This document shows, piece after piece, positions 26,146 through 40,243 of a stretch of 64,000 bases of DNA (its first letter is position 1; each line of letters opens with the position of its first letter). A program made the translations under genes and the position numbers. A model generated the notes under the pieces. The model was not told the origin of the DNA. It made no database searches and saw only the letters and a program-made list of their open reading frames with translations. This stretch comes from Lingula anatina (taxonomy: Eukaryota > Animalia > Brachiopoda): positions 1,062,954-1,126,953 of the forward strand of contig CM120644.1 in NCBI GenBank assembly GCA_051362555.1. Direction: 5' to 3'.

Positions 26146-27013
26146 ATATCTTTGTAAATGATCAACGCTGAGCACTGTGATATGTAAGTTCCATACCTTT
26201 CACATCCTCACTACCTCATGAATGTCACAGATAGAAGGGTTGCCAGCGAATTTATGTTTAAACCCTTAGTACAGACTGTATCGTTGATGAAGTAAAACAA
26301 TGCCTTCGTTGAATAGAAATCTGTAATGGGGGCCATAACTCCTTAACAAAATCATATAAACAAAATGACTGAACGGGACTGTAGCCCATACACATGTGGT
26401 CGAATATGCCAATTTACCTGATAAATATTGTTCAAGAATGAAGTTACGCCCCATACCGAATACCTTTGTCACAACCCTGTACACCCTTAGCAAAATTCTG
26501 GGTTTCTGGCAAACTGTTGCCGCAAATTTGCTGCAAATCTACTGCTGTTTATCCACTTTCTTATGGAATATATTAAAATCTTAGTCTATACCTTTTTTTA
26601 GTTTAATACAGTATTATATAAGTCAAAATTAATGTCGTGGGATAACTGGGTTAATATATAAGAATAGATGACTCTGCGCTGATGTGGGTACGTAGTTTCA
26701 TTGTCCGGGGGGGGGGGGGGGGGGGGAAGGGGGGTGGAAGTAAAAATACCTACGCTACAAAAATGCTATACAAGGTACCTTACAATTTATAGCTTGTTTA
26801 GTATTATCTCTAAGTTTAGTTATTTGGCCAATTGTTCATTATGCGGTTTTTCTAACATGAGTTTATTAGTCTTTACGTTTCAGGAACTTGTGGTAACCAA
26901 TGGCAACCAATCTTAAATTCACCCTTTTATACTCTTCATTTTGAAAGTCACCGTCTGCGGTATGTAAACCGCCCATATGAATAAACTGCTGTTTTTCGTA
27001 ATCAGAGGGCCGT

Positions 27014-27742
27014 ATGGTGAAATCCGCCATGATGACAAATATGAAGGCTGGAAGATTTAAAAGATCTTCTGTACAAGGATTATACAAGAAATGCCTTTCT
27101 TTTATTTTACTTGCCTGTTGTGTAATTACGGCCTGGTATCTGTTGGGGACCGATAAACTTGTATTTCACAAGCGCAGCAAACATGTAAGAAAACTAGCAA
27201 TACATAACGATGCTGTTGGACACGACATGTTGGGTTTCAATCACACGTTTCCAGGGAAAGATGAACCTTTAGAATTCAAGACAATTCGGCTGTCAGAGAC
27301 AGGGCATTTTTTGTCAGATTCTCTCAAATTTCAAGCAACTGAGACAGCAGAACCGATTGAAAATTTTATAAATTCCGTGACAGGTTGGACTTCCTGGGCA
27401 GAGTCATTACCTACCAATTTTTCCAAGGAAACTTTAAGATGGCAAAAAGCAGCAGATTCCGGGCTGTACGTGTTCTCTGCATTTTATGATCCACGTGTGA
27501 AAGGCAGGGAAGTAAAAGTAATTTCAGCGGCATGCGAACCCGTAGAAAAACACATGCCTTTATATTGTCGACTTTGGTTTGAGGCTGAACACAAATACTA
27601 TAATGGAACTGTCAGAGGGAAGATATTGAAGGAAGACGTTCGCCGAGGAGTGCTTGAATATATCTTTAGGATTGACAGAACTTTTAGGTATTTTAAGATA
27701 AACATGTGTAATGCATATTTGTGATGTTTTTGATTATATATA

Positions 27743-27779
<37 letters not shown>

Positions 27780-29644
27780 ACAGGCAAGATTGAAATCCAG
27801 GCAGATTCTAAATCCGCCTAGGCGAGATACAGACAATATTTAATTATGAGTACATTAATCACATACCAAATAAAGCCATTTATAAAACAGAACATATAGT
27901 TTAGAACATGTTTGTTTAACATTTTTTCATATGTAGGGTAAACCGCAAGAAACTGCAACATTATCGAGGTATCATTTTAGCATTATAGTGACGCAATGAC
28001 GTGGATCATGTTTGTAGTGGGGATGCAGCATAGCACACTGCACGTATACGGCAAAAAGGGGGATTGCACAGAAAGTAGCATTATTGGTTTAACTACTTGC
28101 GTTTGAAACCTGTATATTAGCTGCTTTTCTACTGCTCATTTTTACGGCATCGCTCCCCTGCTTCAAATCTCCGGCAAAAATGCGAATGCGACCAGCACTA
28201 TTTCCCTCTACTTAAATTTCTGGACTTATGGTCTTGTTGAGGCAAACAGAGATACACGTGTTTGATTTTCGACAGCCTCCTGCTTAACGTTTCCTCGTGC
28301 ACATCATTTATTGTTTTGTTACCCTCGGCTTTTGATTCATAAACTGCAGTCCATTTGAATGTTATAGTAATGAGCCTTTTAAAAAAATACTTGTGTCAAA
28401 TAAACAAAATCATGATAGTAATGTGAAATTATCAAAATGGGTAATTAAATGTCATCCAAATAGACATCAAGGTGCTTTACCAAACGTTAAAAAAATAAAT
28501 AAATAAAACATAAGCAAACAATCAATAGCTGCAGAGGTCTTAAACTGTGAAAACTAAGACATCACTGTATTGTTAAAGTCCCATAGTTACTTGGTCAATT
28601 ATTCATTGTATACGACTTTGGATGTGTTCTTCAATTGCAAAACGATTTTGTTGACACCGGGGCCAAAATGATTTTTGTTTATTCCGTGACCGTAGCATCA
28701 GGTTTTTCATAAATTGAGGCTTTATGTTTTATAACCCACTTTCTGGTTATAATCGTGTTTTTATGCCCAAGTCTTTGCTATCAACATGTAAAAGCACTTA
28801 TACTGTTGACTTTAAGGTAGTTTCAAATAAAATTGCATTAATATATTTTAGCATCCCGGGTCACATCTTTACAACTCCATTTATGAAGACCAAAGTGAGT
28901 CTCACGGTGAATTTGTTACTCCACATGTCAGGAGCGGATCCAGATATATTTTCTGACATTATAACAAATTATCATTGTTGGCTTATCCTCCACTGCCTCC
29001 CTCCCGACTAACTGATATGTACATTTATTCAAAAGACGGTAATCCTTCATATTGTGACTAATGATATCATAATTTAATTTTGTTTGTGACTTGAATTTCA
29101 ATCTCGCCCAGGCGGATTTAGATTTTTTTTCCGGATTTCAATCCGTATTATTTGTGTACGTCTGATTTCAAACCGTATTATTTGTGTACGTCCGATTTCA
29201 ATCCATATTATTTGTGTACGTCTGATTTCAATCCGTATTATTTGTGTACGTCTGATATCAATCCATATTATTTGTGAAGGTCTGATTTCAATCAGTATTA
29301 TTTGTGTACCAAAAAAACCTTGATGAACAACCTTGAGCGCATACAGATACAACAGTATAATTTTGAATTTCCCAAAAAGATCAATATGCGTCATCATTTT
29401 TTTTTTTTATTCCCGTCATTCATTTTGATTTCATTTTCACTTTCCAGAATTAGGAGCAGCATTGTGTACTGTAATGTATCAGACATACCACGACCAATAG
29501 CTGTGCAACTGATAGCAAATATCACCGCAGAATCTCTTCAGTATTTCTTGGCGGCTAAAGCCAATCTGTCGTATGTCTTGTCAGACAATTTACTTTTCAC
29601 AAAATATCTTTGGGTGAAAAGAATCCTAGAGGGTGCATTCAATT

Positions 29645-29686
<42 letters not shown>

Positions 29687-31062
29687 TTCTCTCTCTCTCT
29701 CTCATAAAAGCACAAACACACAAGCACAAAGGAACATGTAGCAATCACATCTAATGTTTACCTTTTTCAAGATAAAAACATGGAAAAATAATCACTTTCC
29801 TTTTATAAGGACTGTCTGATACATGTATCATTTTATCCCCACTTTCTCCCAAATTCAGCAAAAAACTCACGTTATTTCACACTTTTTCTGCGCCATGCCG
29901 TCAGATACAAATCTCACTCTAACATACCAAAGTACGTGTACTAGCACCCATTGTCGGTAAAGACTTTGGGTGTGTCACAAAAAGATAGTGGGAGTGTAAT
30001 ATTATCTTTTCTCCATCTAGGCTTTATAAAGACTTCATGCCGCCAGTCCTTAAAGTGCTAGATAGGTCCAAGGGTTGGATTGACAAACAACAGGAATTTG
30101 GTGTGTGTATTCACAACGCTCTCACCAACTACAGTGATATCTCATGGTTCATCCAAACGCTGGAACTATATAAAATGTTTGGGGCACAACAAGTCTTCGT
30201 TTATCATCGATCAAGTAACATCAGCTCCGTTCTCGATTTTTACGTAAAACAAGGTGAGTCTTGGCTTTATCATAGTTTGTCCCAAATTCCAAACCCTGGA
30301 ACTGTGTAAGATTTCATAGAGATAATATAAGCATTGTGATGTGGCATCACTTCAGGGCACAACTACCGCATTCTACCAACATAGCAATATAACGCAATGA
30401 TCATATACCAGTATTTTATTTCAGGATTCGTCACTGTAATACCGTGGAATGTGACTGCAATTGAAAAGGGTCTAGGGAATCGAATGCGATATGGCTACAA
30501 ACGGCTTTCACTGCAAAACGACTGCGTGTTGCGTAACATACACCGGTTCAAATATCTCTTAATGCACGACATCGACGAGATCATCGTGCCCTACTTGCAC
30601 GAGAACTACTCCGCCATGATACAGAGTTTTCCTAGCAGAGCTGCCTACAGGTTCAGCAATGCATTCTTCCCGCTTGTCTTCATCGACAACGTGACTGTGT
30701 ACGAAAACAGAACTGGAGATAAAGATGGACGAATGTTGCGATACAAACCGGTAGCACTCTTAGCAACAAAGCGGTTATATGTTTGGTTTGGCGGTGGTCG
30801 ATGGAAAATGATCATAAGACCGGAAAAAGTGAACCTCATGACAACCCACAGTGCCATTAATGCCACCAGCGTCTATGCTGTGTTGCCTTCCGAAGCCATT
30901 CTGCATCATTTTAGGCAAGGAAGCCCAATCTACATTAGAAAAAACAAGGTCCTAAAGAAAAACTTTCTTGAGACACGCATGTACCATTTTAAGGACAAAT
31001 ACCTGGCACGCTTAGAAACGACTGAGAGAATGATGAAGAAGAGTGGAATTGCATGGCCTTGA
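27014..31062 (+). CDS. GT92 family glycosyltransferase, copy 3, 545 aa; exons 27014-27687, 29448-29540, 30021-30253, 30425-31062
   Basis: Conserved motifs, GT-AG sites and exon sizes 674/93/233/638; intact DIDE. Confidence 0.88.
29131..29309. repeat. 30-bp minisatellite (tctgatttcaatccgtattatttgtgtacg), about 6 units
   Basis: Direct tandem units are visible. Paralogous arrays have about 4 units (34520-34640), about 6 (41906-42084), and about 2-3 in copies 1, 2 and 6. Confidence 0.9.
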
Positions 31063-32400
31063 TGTAAATTTATCATATATGGTCTACTTTGACTTTCTGT
31101 CGATACGCGTTATTACGAGATGTGGTGGTATTTGTATATTGGGGTTTAGATATTAAATAAACAAGAACGTACACAAACACGAACATGTATGCAAAATAAC
31201 TAAAAAATCACGTGCACAATTGAAAATCAGAATATTTCCACACACGCTGAACACGCACATGAACAGGTAGTACGATATGCCATCAGGACCGATAAACTCC
31301 TGACTGAGCTTAATTCAAGTTTGTTGATATGGTCACTCTGAAGTACACAGGGGGTCTGTTTGCTTAATATATATTGCTATACTATGTATTTTGTCAATAT
31401 TTTTAATGCAAATTTCAAGTGTGGGACGGGCTGCTCATTGGGATAACCACCCTGTCCAACAGCAGATCAGAATTATCAGCATTGAGAAGGAAAAGATTGG
31501 AGATGTTTTGAGAGAATATAATACAGGATGGAATTATTTTCTTCTGCTTTGGGGTGGGGGCACTGTATTGTGCTAGTTGTGCTTGTTGTAACAATTGTCG
31601 GAAAGTTATGATAATTGACCACCATAGAACTGTACGCAATATCATTTGTGATACATCTAGCCCCATAACCATCCTTTAGTCACATTTTCTGTTATTAAAA
31701 TTACTAAATACATCTCTACCATAAAGTGTAAGGATAGCTCTCTTTGCAGCGTAGAATGTGTTGTCAAGGTAACGCATGCAGTCTGCATTTGTGGTTGTGT
31801 TATTAACCCATCCTTTACAAGTAGTTATAACGTCCATGCCCGCAGTGTACATATTAGTATAGTTATGTGTATACTACACCCTCTGTGTATAATAAAGGAT
31901 CAACCTTCTAATGGCCAATCTAGCCCCAGGAAAAAAGATACAGAACAAACTATAACTGTAAGAAATAGAACGGCGCCCGTATACAATAACAACATGCATT
32001 TTGTAGTATATGTTTGTAAATTACTAATGCTGCGCACTATGATATAAGTGTTATAGCTTTCACATCCTTGTGAATGACACAGGGATACCAGCGAATATTT
32101 CTAAAAATCCTTAGAACAGACTGTATCGTTGATGAGGTAAAACAATGCCTTTATTGAATGGAAATCTGGGGGCCCTATATCTCCTTAATAAAAGCATTTC
32201 AACCAAACTTACTACACAGGATTGTAGCCCATACACGTGTGGTCAAGTATGCCCATTTACCTGATAAAATTTTGTTCAGGAATGAAGGTACGTCCCATAC
32301 CGAATTCATTTTTCAAACACCTGTGCACACTTAGCAACATTTTGGGTTTTTTTCCAGTTTATCCATTTTACTTAGGGAATTGATTAACATTTTAGTATCT

Positions 32401-32409
32401 ATCTATCTA

Positions 32410-32492
<83 letters not shown>
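32401..32492. repeat. (TCTA)n(TA)n microsatellite, paralogue at about 45137-45222
   Basis: Direct reading of the sequence. Confidence 0.95.
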
Positions 32493-32494
<2 letters not shown>

Positions 32495-32908
32495 GTGTGT
32501 GTGATTCGTTTAATACAGTATAATAAGCCAAAATTTATATGCCTTGGGATGACTGGGTAAATATACATATAAAAAATATATGACTCTACAATGATGTGGG
32601 TAGTTTCATTGTCGGAGGGATAAGTAAAATATACATTTATTTTCTACTCAACAAAAATGTCATTCAAAGTACCTTATCATTTTGAATTTGCTTAGTATTC
32701 ATCTCTAAGTTTCGGTATTTGCTCAACTGATCGTTATGCGGCTTTTCTAACATAAGTTTATTTGTCTTTACGTTTCATTAACTTGCGGTAACCAATGGCA
32801 ACCAATCTTAGACTCACCCTTTTAAACCTTTTATTGTGAAAGTCCCCGTATGCGGTATGGAAACCGCCCGTATGAATAAACTGCTGTTGTTCGTAACCAG
32901 AGGGCCGT

Positions 32909-35900
32909 ATGGTGAAATCCGCCATGATGACAAATATGAAGGCTGGACGATTTAAAAGCTCTTCTGTACAAGGATTATACAAGAAATGCCTTTCTTTTAT
33001 TTTACTTGCCTGTTGTGTAATTACGACCTGGTATCTGTTGGGGACCGATAAACTTGTATATCACAAGCGCAGCAAATATGTAAGAAAACTAGCAATACAT
33101 AACGCTGCTGTTGGACACGACGTGTTGGGTTCCAATCACACGTTTCCAGGGAAAGATGAACCTTTAGAATTGAAGACAATTCGGCTGACAGAGGCAGGGC
33201 ATTTTTTGTCAGATTCTCTCAAATTTCAAGGAACTGAGACAGCAGACCCGATTGAAAATTTTATAAATTCCGTGACAGGTTGGACTTCCTGGGCAGAGTC
33301 ATTACCTACCAATTTCTCCAAGGAAACTTTAAGATGGCAAAAAGCAGCAGATTCCGGGTTGTACGTGTTCTCTGCATATTATGACCCTCGAGTAAAAGGC
33401 AGAGAAGTAAGAATAATATCAGCGGCAAGGCAACCCACAGAAAAACATATGCCTTTGTATTGTCGACTTTGGTTTGAGGCTGAACATAAATACTATAATG
33501 GAACTCTCAGAGGGAAGATATTGAAAGAAGACGTTCGCCGAGGAGTGCTTGAATATATCTTTAGGGTTGACAGACGTTTAAGGTATTTTAAGATAAGCAT
33601 GTATAATATACATTTGTGTTGTTTTCCATATTATATGTGTGTGTGTGTGGGGGGGGGGGGGGGTCACAGGCAACATTGAAATCCAGGCAGATTTTAAATC
33701 CGCCTAGGCGAGATACAGACAATATTTAATTATGATTACATTAAAGGGATAACTCTTCGTATCAGATATATATTTCATAATAAAAAAATTGTGAACAACT
33801 AATAGAAATATATATATTCTGTTGAACCACAAAACGGCTATTATTATGATATCTGATCTGCTCTTTAGATCACGTGAACTCCATTATGGCTATACTCTGT
33901 TATAATCTCTTAAGAGGTCTTAAACTGTGAAAACTAAGACATCATTTTATTGTTAAAGTCCCAAAATTATTTGGTCAATTATTCATGGTATACTACTTGG
34001 GATGTGTTCTTCAATTGCAAAACGAAATGATTTCTGTTTATTTCGTGACGGTAGCTTCAGTTTTTTTCATAAATTGGGGCTTTATGTTTTATACCCCACT
34101 TTCTAGTTTCAAATCTTTGCTATCAACATGTAAAAGGACTTATACTGTTGAGTTTAAGGTAGTTTCAAATAAAATTGCATTAGTATATTTTAGTTCGTGT
34201 GTAAACATACAGACAGTCAACAGGAAAGAAAAAAAAAGCATCCCGGGTCACATCTTTACAACTCCATTTATGAAGACCAAAGTGAGTCTCACGGTGATTT
34301 GTTACTCCACATGTCAGGAGCGGATCCAGATATATTTTCTGACATTATTACAAATTATCATTGTTGGCTTATCCTCCACTGCCTCCTTCCCAACACGACT
34401 AACTGATATGTACATTTATTCAAAAGAAAGAAATCCTTTATATTGTGACTAATGATATCATAATTTAAATTTGTTTCTGACTTGAATTCCAATCTCGCCC
34501 AGGCAGATTTAGATTTTTTCCGGATTTCAATCCGTATTATTAGTGTACGTCTGATTTCAATCCGTATTATTTATGTACGTCTGATTTCGATCCGTATTAT
34601 TTGTGTACGTTTGATTTCAATCAGTATTATTTGTGTACCAAAATATCTTGATGAACAACCTTGAGCGCATACAGATACAACAGTTTCATTTTGAATTTCA
34701 CAAAAATATCAATATGCGTCATCAGTTTTTTTTTTATTCCCATCATTCATTTTGATTTCATTTTCACTTTCCAGAATTAGGAGCAGCATTGTGTACTGTA
34801 ATGTATCAGACATACCACGACCAATAGCTGTGCAACTGATAGCAAATGTCACCACAGAATCTCTACAGTATTTCTTGGCGGCTAAAGCCAATCTGTCGTA
34901 TGTCTTGTCAGACAATTTACTTTTCACAAAATATCTTTGGGTGAAAAGAATCCTAGAGGGTGTATTCAATTAGCTCTCTCTCTCTCTCCCTTTCTCTCTC
35001 TCCCTTTCTCTCTCTCTCTCTCTCTCCCCCTTTCTCTCTCTCTCTCTCTCTCTCATAAAAGCACAAACACACAAGCACAAAGGCACATGTAGCAATCACA
35101 TCTAAAGTTTGCCTTTTTCAAGATAAAAACATGGAAAAATAATCACTTTTCTTTTATAAGGACTGTCTGATACATGTATCATTTTATCCCCACTTTCTCC
35201 CAAATTCAGCAAAAAACTCACGTTATTTCACACTTTTTCTGCGCCATGCCGTCAGATACAAATCTCACTCTAACATACCAAAGTACGTGTACTAGCACCC
35301 ATTGTCGGTAAAGACTTTGGGTGTGTCACAAAAAGATAGTGGGAGTGTAATATTATCTTTTCTCCATCTAGGCTTTATAAAGACTTCATGCCGCCAGTCC
35401 TTAAAGTGCTAGATAGGTCCAAGGGTTGGATTGACAAACAACAGGAATTTGGTGTGTGTATTCACAACGCTCTCACCAACTACAGTGATATCTCATGGTT
35501 CATCCAAACGCTGGAACTATATAAAATGTTTGGGGCACAACAAGTCTTCGTTTATCATCGATCAAGTAACATCAGCTCCGTTCTCGATTTTTACGTAAAA
35601 CAAGGTGAGTCTTGGCTTTATCATAGTTTGTCCCAAATTCCAAACCCGGGAACTGTGTAAGATTTCATAGAGATAATATAAGCATTGTGATGTGGCATCA
35701 CTTCAGGGCACAACTACCGCATTCTACCAACATAGCAATATAACGCAATGATCATATAACAGTATTTTATTTCAGGATTCGTCACTGTAATACCGTGGAA
35801 TGTGACTGCAATTGAAAATGGTCTAGGAAATCGAATGCGATATGGCTACAAACGGCTTTCACTGCAGAATGACTGCGTGTTGCGTAACATACACCGGTTC

Positions 35901-36413
35901 AAATATCTCCTAATGCACGACATCGACGAGGTCATCGTGCCCTACTTGCACGAGAACTACTCCGCCATGATGCACAGTTTTCCTAGCAGAGCTGCCTACA
36001 GGTTCAGCAATGCCTTCTTCCCGCGTGTCTTCATTGACAATGTGACTGTGTACGAAAACAGAACTGGAGATAAAGATGGACGAATGTTGCGATACAAACC
36101 GGTAGCACTCTTAGCAACAAAGCGGTTATATGTTTGGTTTGGCGGTGGTCGATGGAAAATGATCATAAGACCGGAAAAAGTGAACCTCATGACAACCCAC
36201 AGTGCCATTAATGCCACCAGCGTCTATGCTGTGTTGCCTTCCGAAGCCATTCTGCATCATTTTAGGCAAGGAAGCCCAATCTACATTAGAAAAAACAAGG
36301 TCCTAAAGAAAAACTTTCTTGAGACACGCATGTACCATTTTAAGGACAAATACCTGGCACGCTTAGAAACGACTGAGAGAATGATGAAGAAGAGTGGAAT
36401 TGCATGGCCTTGA
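32909..36413 (+). CDS. GT92 family glycosyltransferase, copy 4, 545 aa; exons 32909-33582, 34775-34867, 35372-35604, 35776-36413
   Basis: Conserved motifs, splice sites and exon sizes; intact DIDE. Confidence 0.88.
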
Positions 36414-37307
36414 TGTAAATTTATCATATATGGTCTACTTTGACTTTCTGTCGATACGCGTTATTAAGAGACGTGGTGGTATTTGTATATTGGGGTTTAG
36501 ATATTAAATAAACAAGAACGTACACAAACACGAACATGTATGCAAAATAACTAAAAAATCACGTGCACAATTGCAATTTAGAATATTTCCACACACGCTG
36601 AACACGCACATGAACAGGTAGTACGATATGCCATCAGGACCGATAAACTCCTGACTGAGCTTAATTCAAGTTTGTTGATATGGTCATTCTGAAGTACACA
36701 GGGGGTCTGTTTGCTTAATATATTGCTATACTATGTATTTTGTCAATATTTTTAATGCAAATTTCAAGTGTGGGACGGGCTGCTCATTGGGATAACCACC
36801 CTGTCCAACAGCAGATCAGAATTATCAGCATTGAGAAGGAAAAGATTGGAGATGTTTTGAGAGAATATAATACAGGATGGAATTATTTTCTTCTACTTTG
36901 GGGTGGGGGCACTGTGTTGTGCTAGTTGTGCTTGTTGTAACAATTGTCGGAAAGTTATGATAATTGACCACCATAGAACAGTACGCAATATCATTTGTGA
37001 TACATCTAGCCCCATAACCATCCTTCAGCCACATTTACTGTTATTAAAATTACTAAATACATCTCTACCATAAAGTGTAGGGATGGCTCTCTTTGCAGCG
37101 TAGAATGTGTTGTCAAGGTAACGCATGCAGTCAGCATTTGTGGTTGTGTTATTAACCAAGCCTTAACGAGCTAATATAACGTCCATGCCCGCTGCCATGG
37201 TAACATGCAATGTGCATATTAGTATAGTCGTGTATATACTAAACCCTCTGTGTGTAATAAAGCGCCAACCTTCTAACGGGGAATCTAGCCCCAGGAAAAA
37301 AAATATA

Positions 37308-38940
37308 CAGACTTGACATTTAATATGGAATATTAAATATCTAATATGGAATATATGGAATATTAAAGGTATGTCTAGGTAAAAATGCGTTCTTTTCTCA
37401 AAAAACTCAGATCTCACATAAGATATCTGACTGAAGAAGTATGAAGTCAGGTGTGTCGCTACCAATTAACTGACTACCAAGTCTTTTGCACTGCTGCATT
37501 GTGTAATATGCGGTGATATAATTGGGTAGTGCTCCTTTGGGCTGGTCAAAGCTTGGCTTTGATGAAGCATGGTTCTTTCAAAAAAGTATCCATATGTCGG
37601 CAACTACTGTATCGAAGAATTTGAAATATTGCATGCAAGCGGTCGGGTTTTCAGTGCGTAAAATGAGTTGAGCAGTGTATTATGAAATTGTTAAGCTGAG
37701 CCAGAATGGCGCGGAAAAAACAGACATTGCCAGACAGATAATTGTGTCAAACGGAATGGTCTGCGGTGTTTTATAGAGTTATGCCCAGACTGATGCACCT
37801 ACACAGAGACCATGCCCAATGTATCGACGTCTTACCACCAGGGTACAGGACTCACTGTCCTTCAGGATGTGCTGCTGCAATTAAACCAAAACCACACAGT
37901 CTGTTTTGAATGAGAAGCAAATTGTCACCAAAGCGCGTTTTTCGTAGGCTCTTAGCGAACACCAAAATGGTTTCAGCAGGTTAGGATATCAGGCGACCTT
38001 TGAGGAAGCCACTGTAATAAGAAAAACAGCGTAGTCTGTTTCTCTAATGAATTGGGGACCATGACCGTCAGATTTCACCCGTACCGCAAAACTGGTCATA
38101 ACAGAGTTTACAGACATCCTGAAGAGGCCTACCACAAGGCGTGTGCCACTTCTTAAGTGACTAGGCTCATTGACAGCGTCACTATTTGGTTTGGATACCA
38201 CATTGGTGCCAAAACACTAATGGAAGTCATCGATGAAAACCTGAACAAGATCAAATAAGGGAACACTCTGTGAACCACTTGACCATCATTTGATAGGGGG
38301 CACCTTAGGAACAGTTTTAGGTTGCACGACTCGCACAAAGCACTTTTAATAGCAGATAACTTACAGAACCAAGAGAATGAGCAGCTATCTTAGTAATCAA
38401 AATCGCTATATTTGAACCACATAGACAAGATTTGGGTAGGTTATTACTCGCAGAATCAGCGGTCTGCATGTTCTACAACAAAACTGAACTAAATTGGACA
38501 ATTTTTAACCGTTGCCCGGAATTGTATTCCAGATTAAACCCTAAAGTCCTATCCTAAGGAATGCCTTGCCGCTTGAAAGCTCTAGTAGCAGCAAGATGAG
38601 GTCCTGCGTAACAGCGACGTCGACCATTGCAGTGACTAGACACTAATAGGAGGGTCCTTTGTGGGGCATGTTACTCTTTTAAATACGATAATTTGGAAAA
38701 TATGGAGATCCAAAATATCGCTTTCAATGGTTGTCGCATGACTTAGAATAGACAGTGTATTTTTGTTTGCTTCACTGGCGAATTCAATTAATGAACTGAT
38801 GTCACAATGGCATCGAACAAATTATCAAAAGTTTTTAAAACACGATTTTGATCCTTATTTTCGTTTATCAGTCAGCAAAATAGGAAAAAGCTGATGAATT
38901 ATGATTTGGAGAAAATATTCCATATTAAATGTCAAGTCTG
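37308..38940 (+). mobile_element. Degenerate Tc1/mariner transposon (1.63 kb) in the copy 4-5 spacer
   Basis: Perfect 27-bp TIRs CAGACTTGACATTTAATATGGAATATT flanked by TA. Empty site at about 25255. Decayed transposase-like sequence at about 37700-38600 resembles the element at 9492. Confidence 0.85.
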
Positions 38941-39499
38941 TAGTACAAACTGTAACAGTTGGAAAAAGAACGGCGCCCGTATACAATAACAACATGAATT
39001 ATGTAATATATCTTTGTAAATTATCAATGCTGAGCACTGTCATATGTCAGTTTTATAACTTTCACATCCTCACTACCTCATGAATGTCACAGGTGAATCC
39101 GGATAGCAGGGTTGCCAGCCAATTTATGTTTAAACGCTTAGTACAGACTGTATTGTTGATGAAGCAAAACAATGCCTTCGTTCAATGGCAATCTGTAATG
39201 GGGGCCATAACTCCTTAACAATGGCATTACCATAGCCCATACACGTGTGGTCAATTATGCCAATTTACCTGATAAATATTGTTCAAGAATGACGTTACGC
39301 CCCATACCGAATACCTTTGTCACAACCCTGTACACCTTTAACAGAATTATGGGCTTCTTTACGTTTCATCAACTAGTGATAACCAATGACAACCAATCTT
39401 AAATTCACCCTTTTATACTCTTCATAGTGAAAGTCCACGTATGCGGTATGCAAACCGCCCATATGAATAAACTGCTGTTGTTCGGAATCAGAGGGCCGT

Positions 39500-40212
39500 A
39501 TGGTGAAATCCGCCAAGATGACAAATATGAAGGCTGGAAGATTTAAAAGATCTTCTGTACAAGGATTATACAAGAAATGCCTTTCTTTTATTTTACTTGC
39601 CTGTTGTGTAATTACGGCCTGGTATCTGTTTGGGACCGATAAACTTGTATATCACAAGCGCAGCAAACATGTAAGAAAACTAGCAATACAAAACGATGCT
39701 GTTGGACACGACGTGTTGGGTTCCAATCACACGTTTCCAGGGAAAGATGAACCTTTAGAATTGAAGACAATTCGGCTGTCAGAGACAGGCCACTCTTTGT
39801 CAGATTCTCTCAAATTTCAAGGAACTGAGACAGCAGACCCGATTGAAAATTTTTATAAAAATCTTTGGGCAGAGTCATTACCTACCTATTTCTCCAAGGA
39901 AACTTTAAGATGGCAAAAAGCTGCAGATTCCGGGTTGTACGTGTTCTCTGCATTTTATGATCCACGAATAAAAGGCAGAGAAGTAAAAGTAATTTCAGCG
40001 GCAAGGCAACCCACAGAAAAACATATGCCTCTGTATTGTCGCATTTGGTTTGACGCTGAACACAAAAACTATAATGGAACTGTCAGAGGGAAAATATTGA
40101 AAGAAGACGTTCGCCGAGGAGTGCTTGAATATATCTTTAGGGTTGATAGAAATTCAAGGTATTTTAAGATAAGCATGTATAATATACACTTGTGATGTTT
40201 TCCATATTATAT

Positions 40213-40243
<31 letters not shown>

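Noticed and set aside
26897-26911. Twin CCAAT motifs about 110 bp upstream of the ATG in copies 3-6
   Set aside because: The transcription start is unknown, and sharing between recent duplicates is not evidence of function.
29131-29309. 30-bp repeats as a CRISPR array
   Set aside because: The units are contiguous with no unique spacers, there are no cas genes, and the context is a eukaryotic intron; it is a minisatellite.
33985-34452. 155-aa ORF inside copy 4 intron 1
   Set aside because: It is frameshifted at a poly-A run in the near-identical copy 5 intron and disrupted in copy 3; no domain features.
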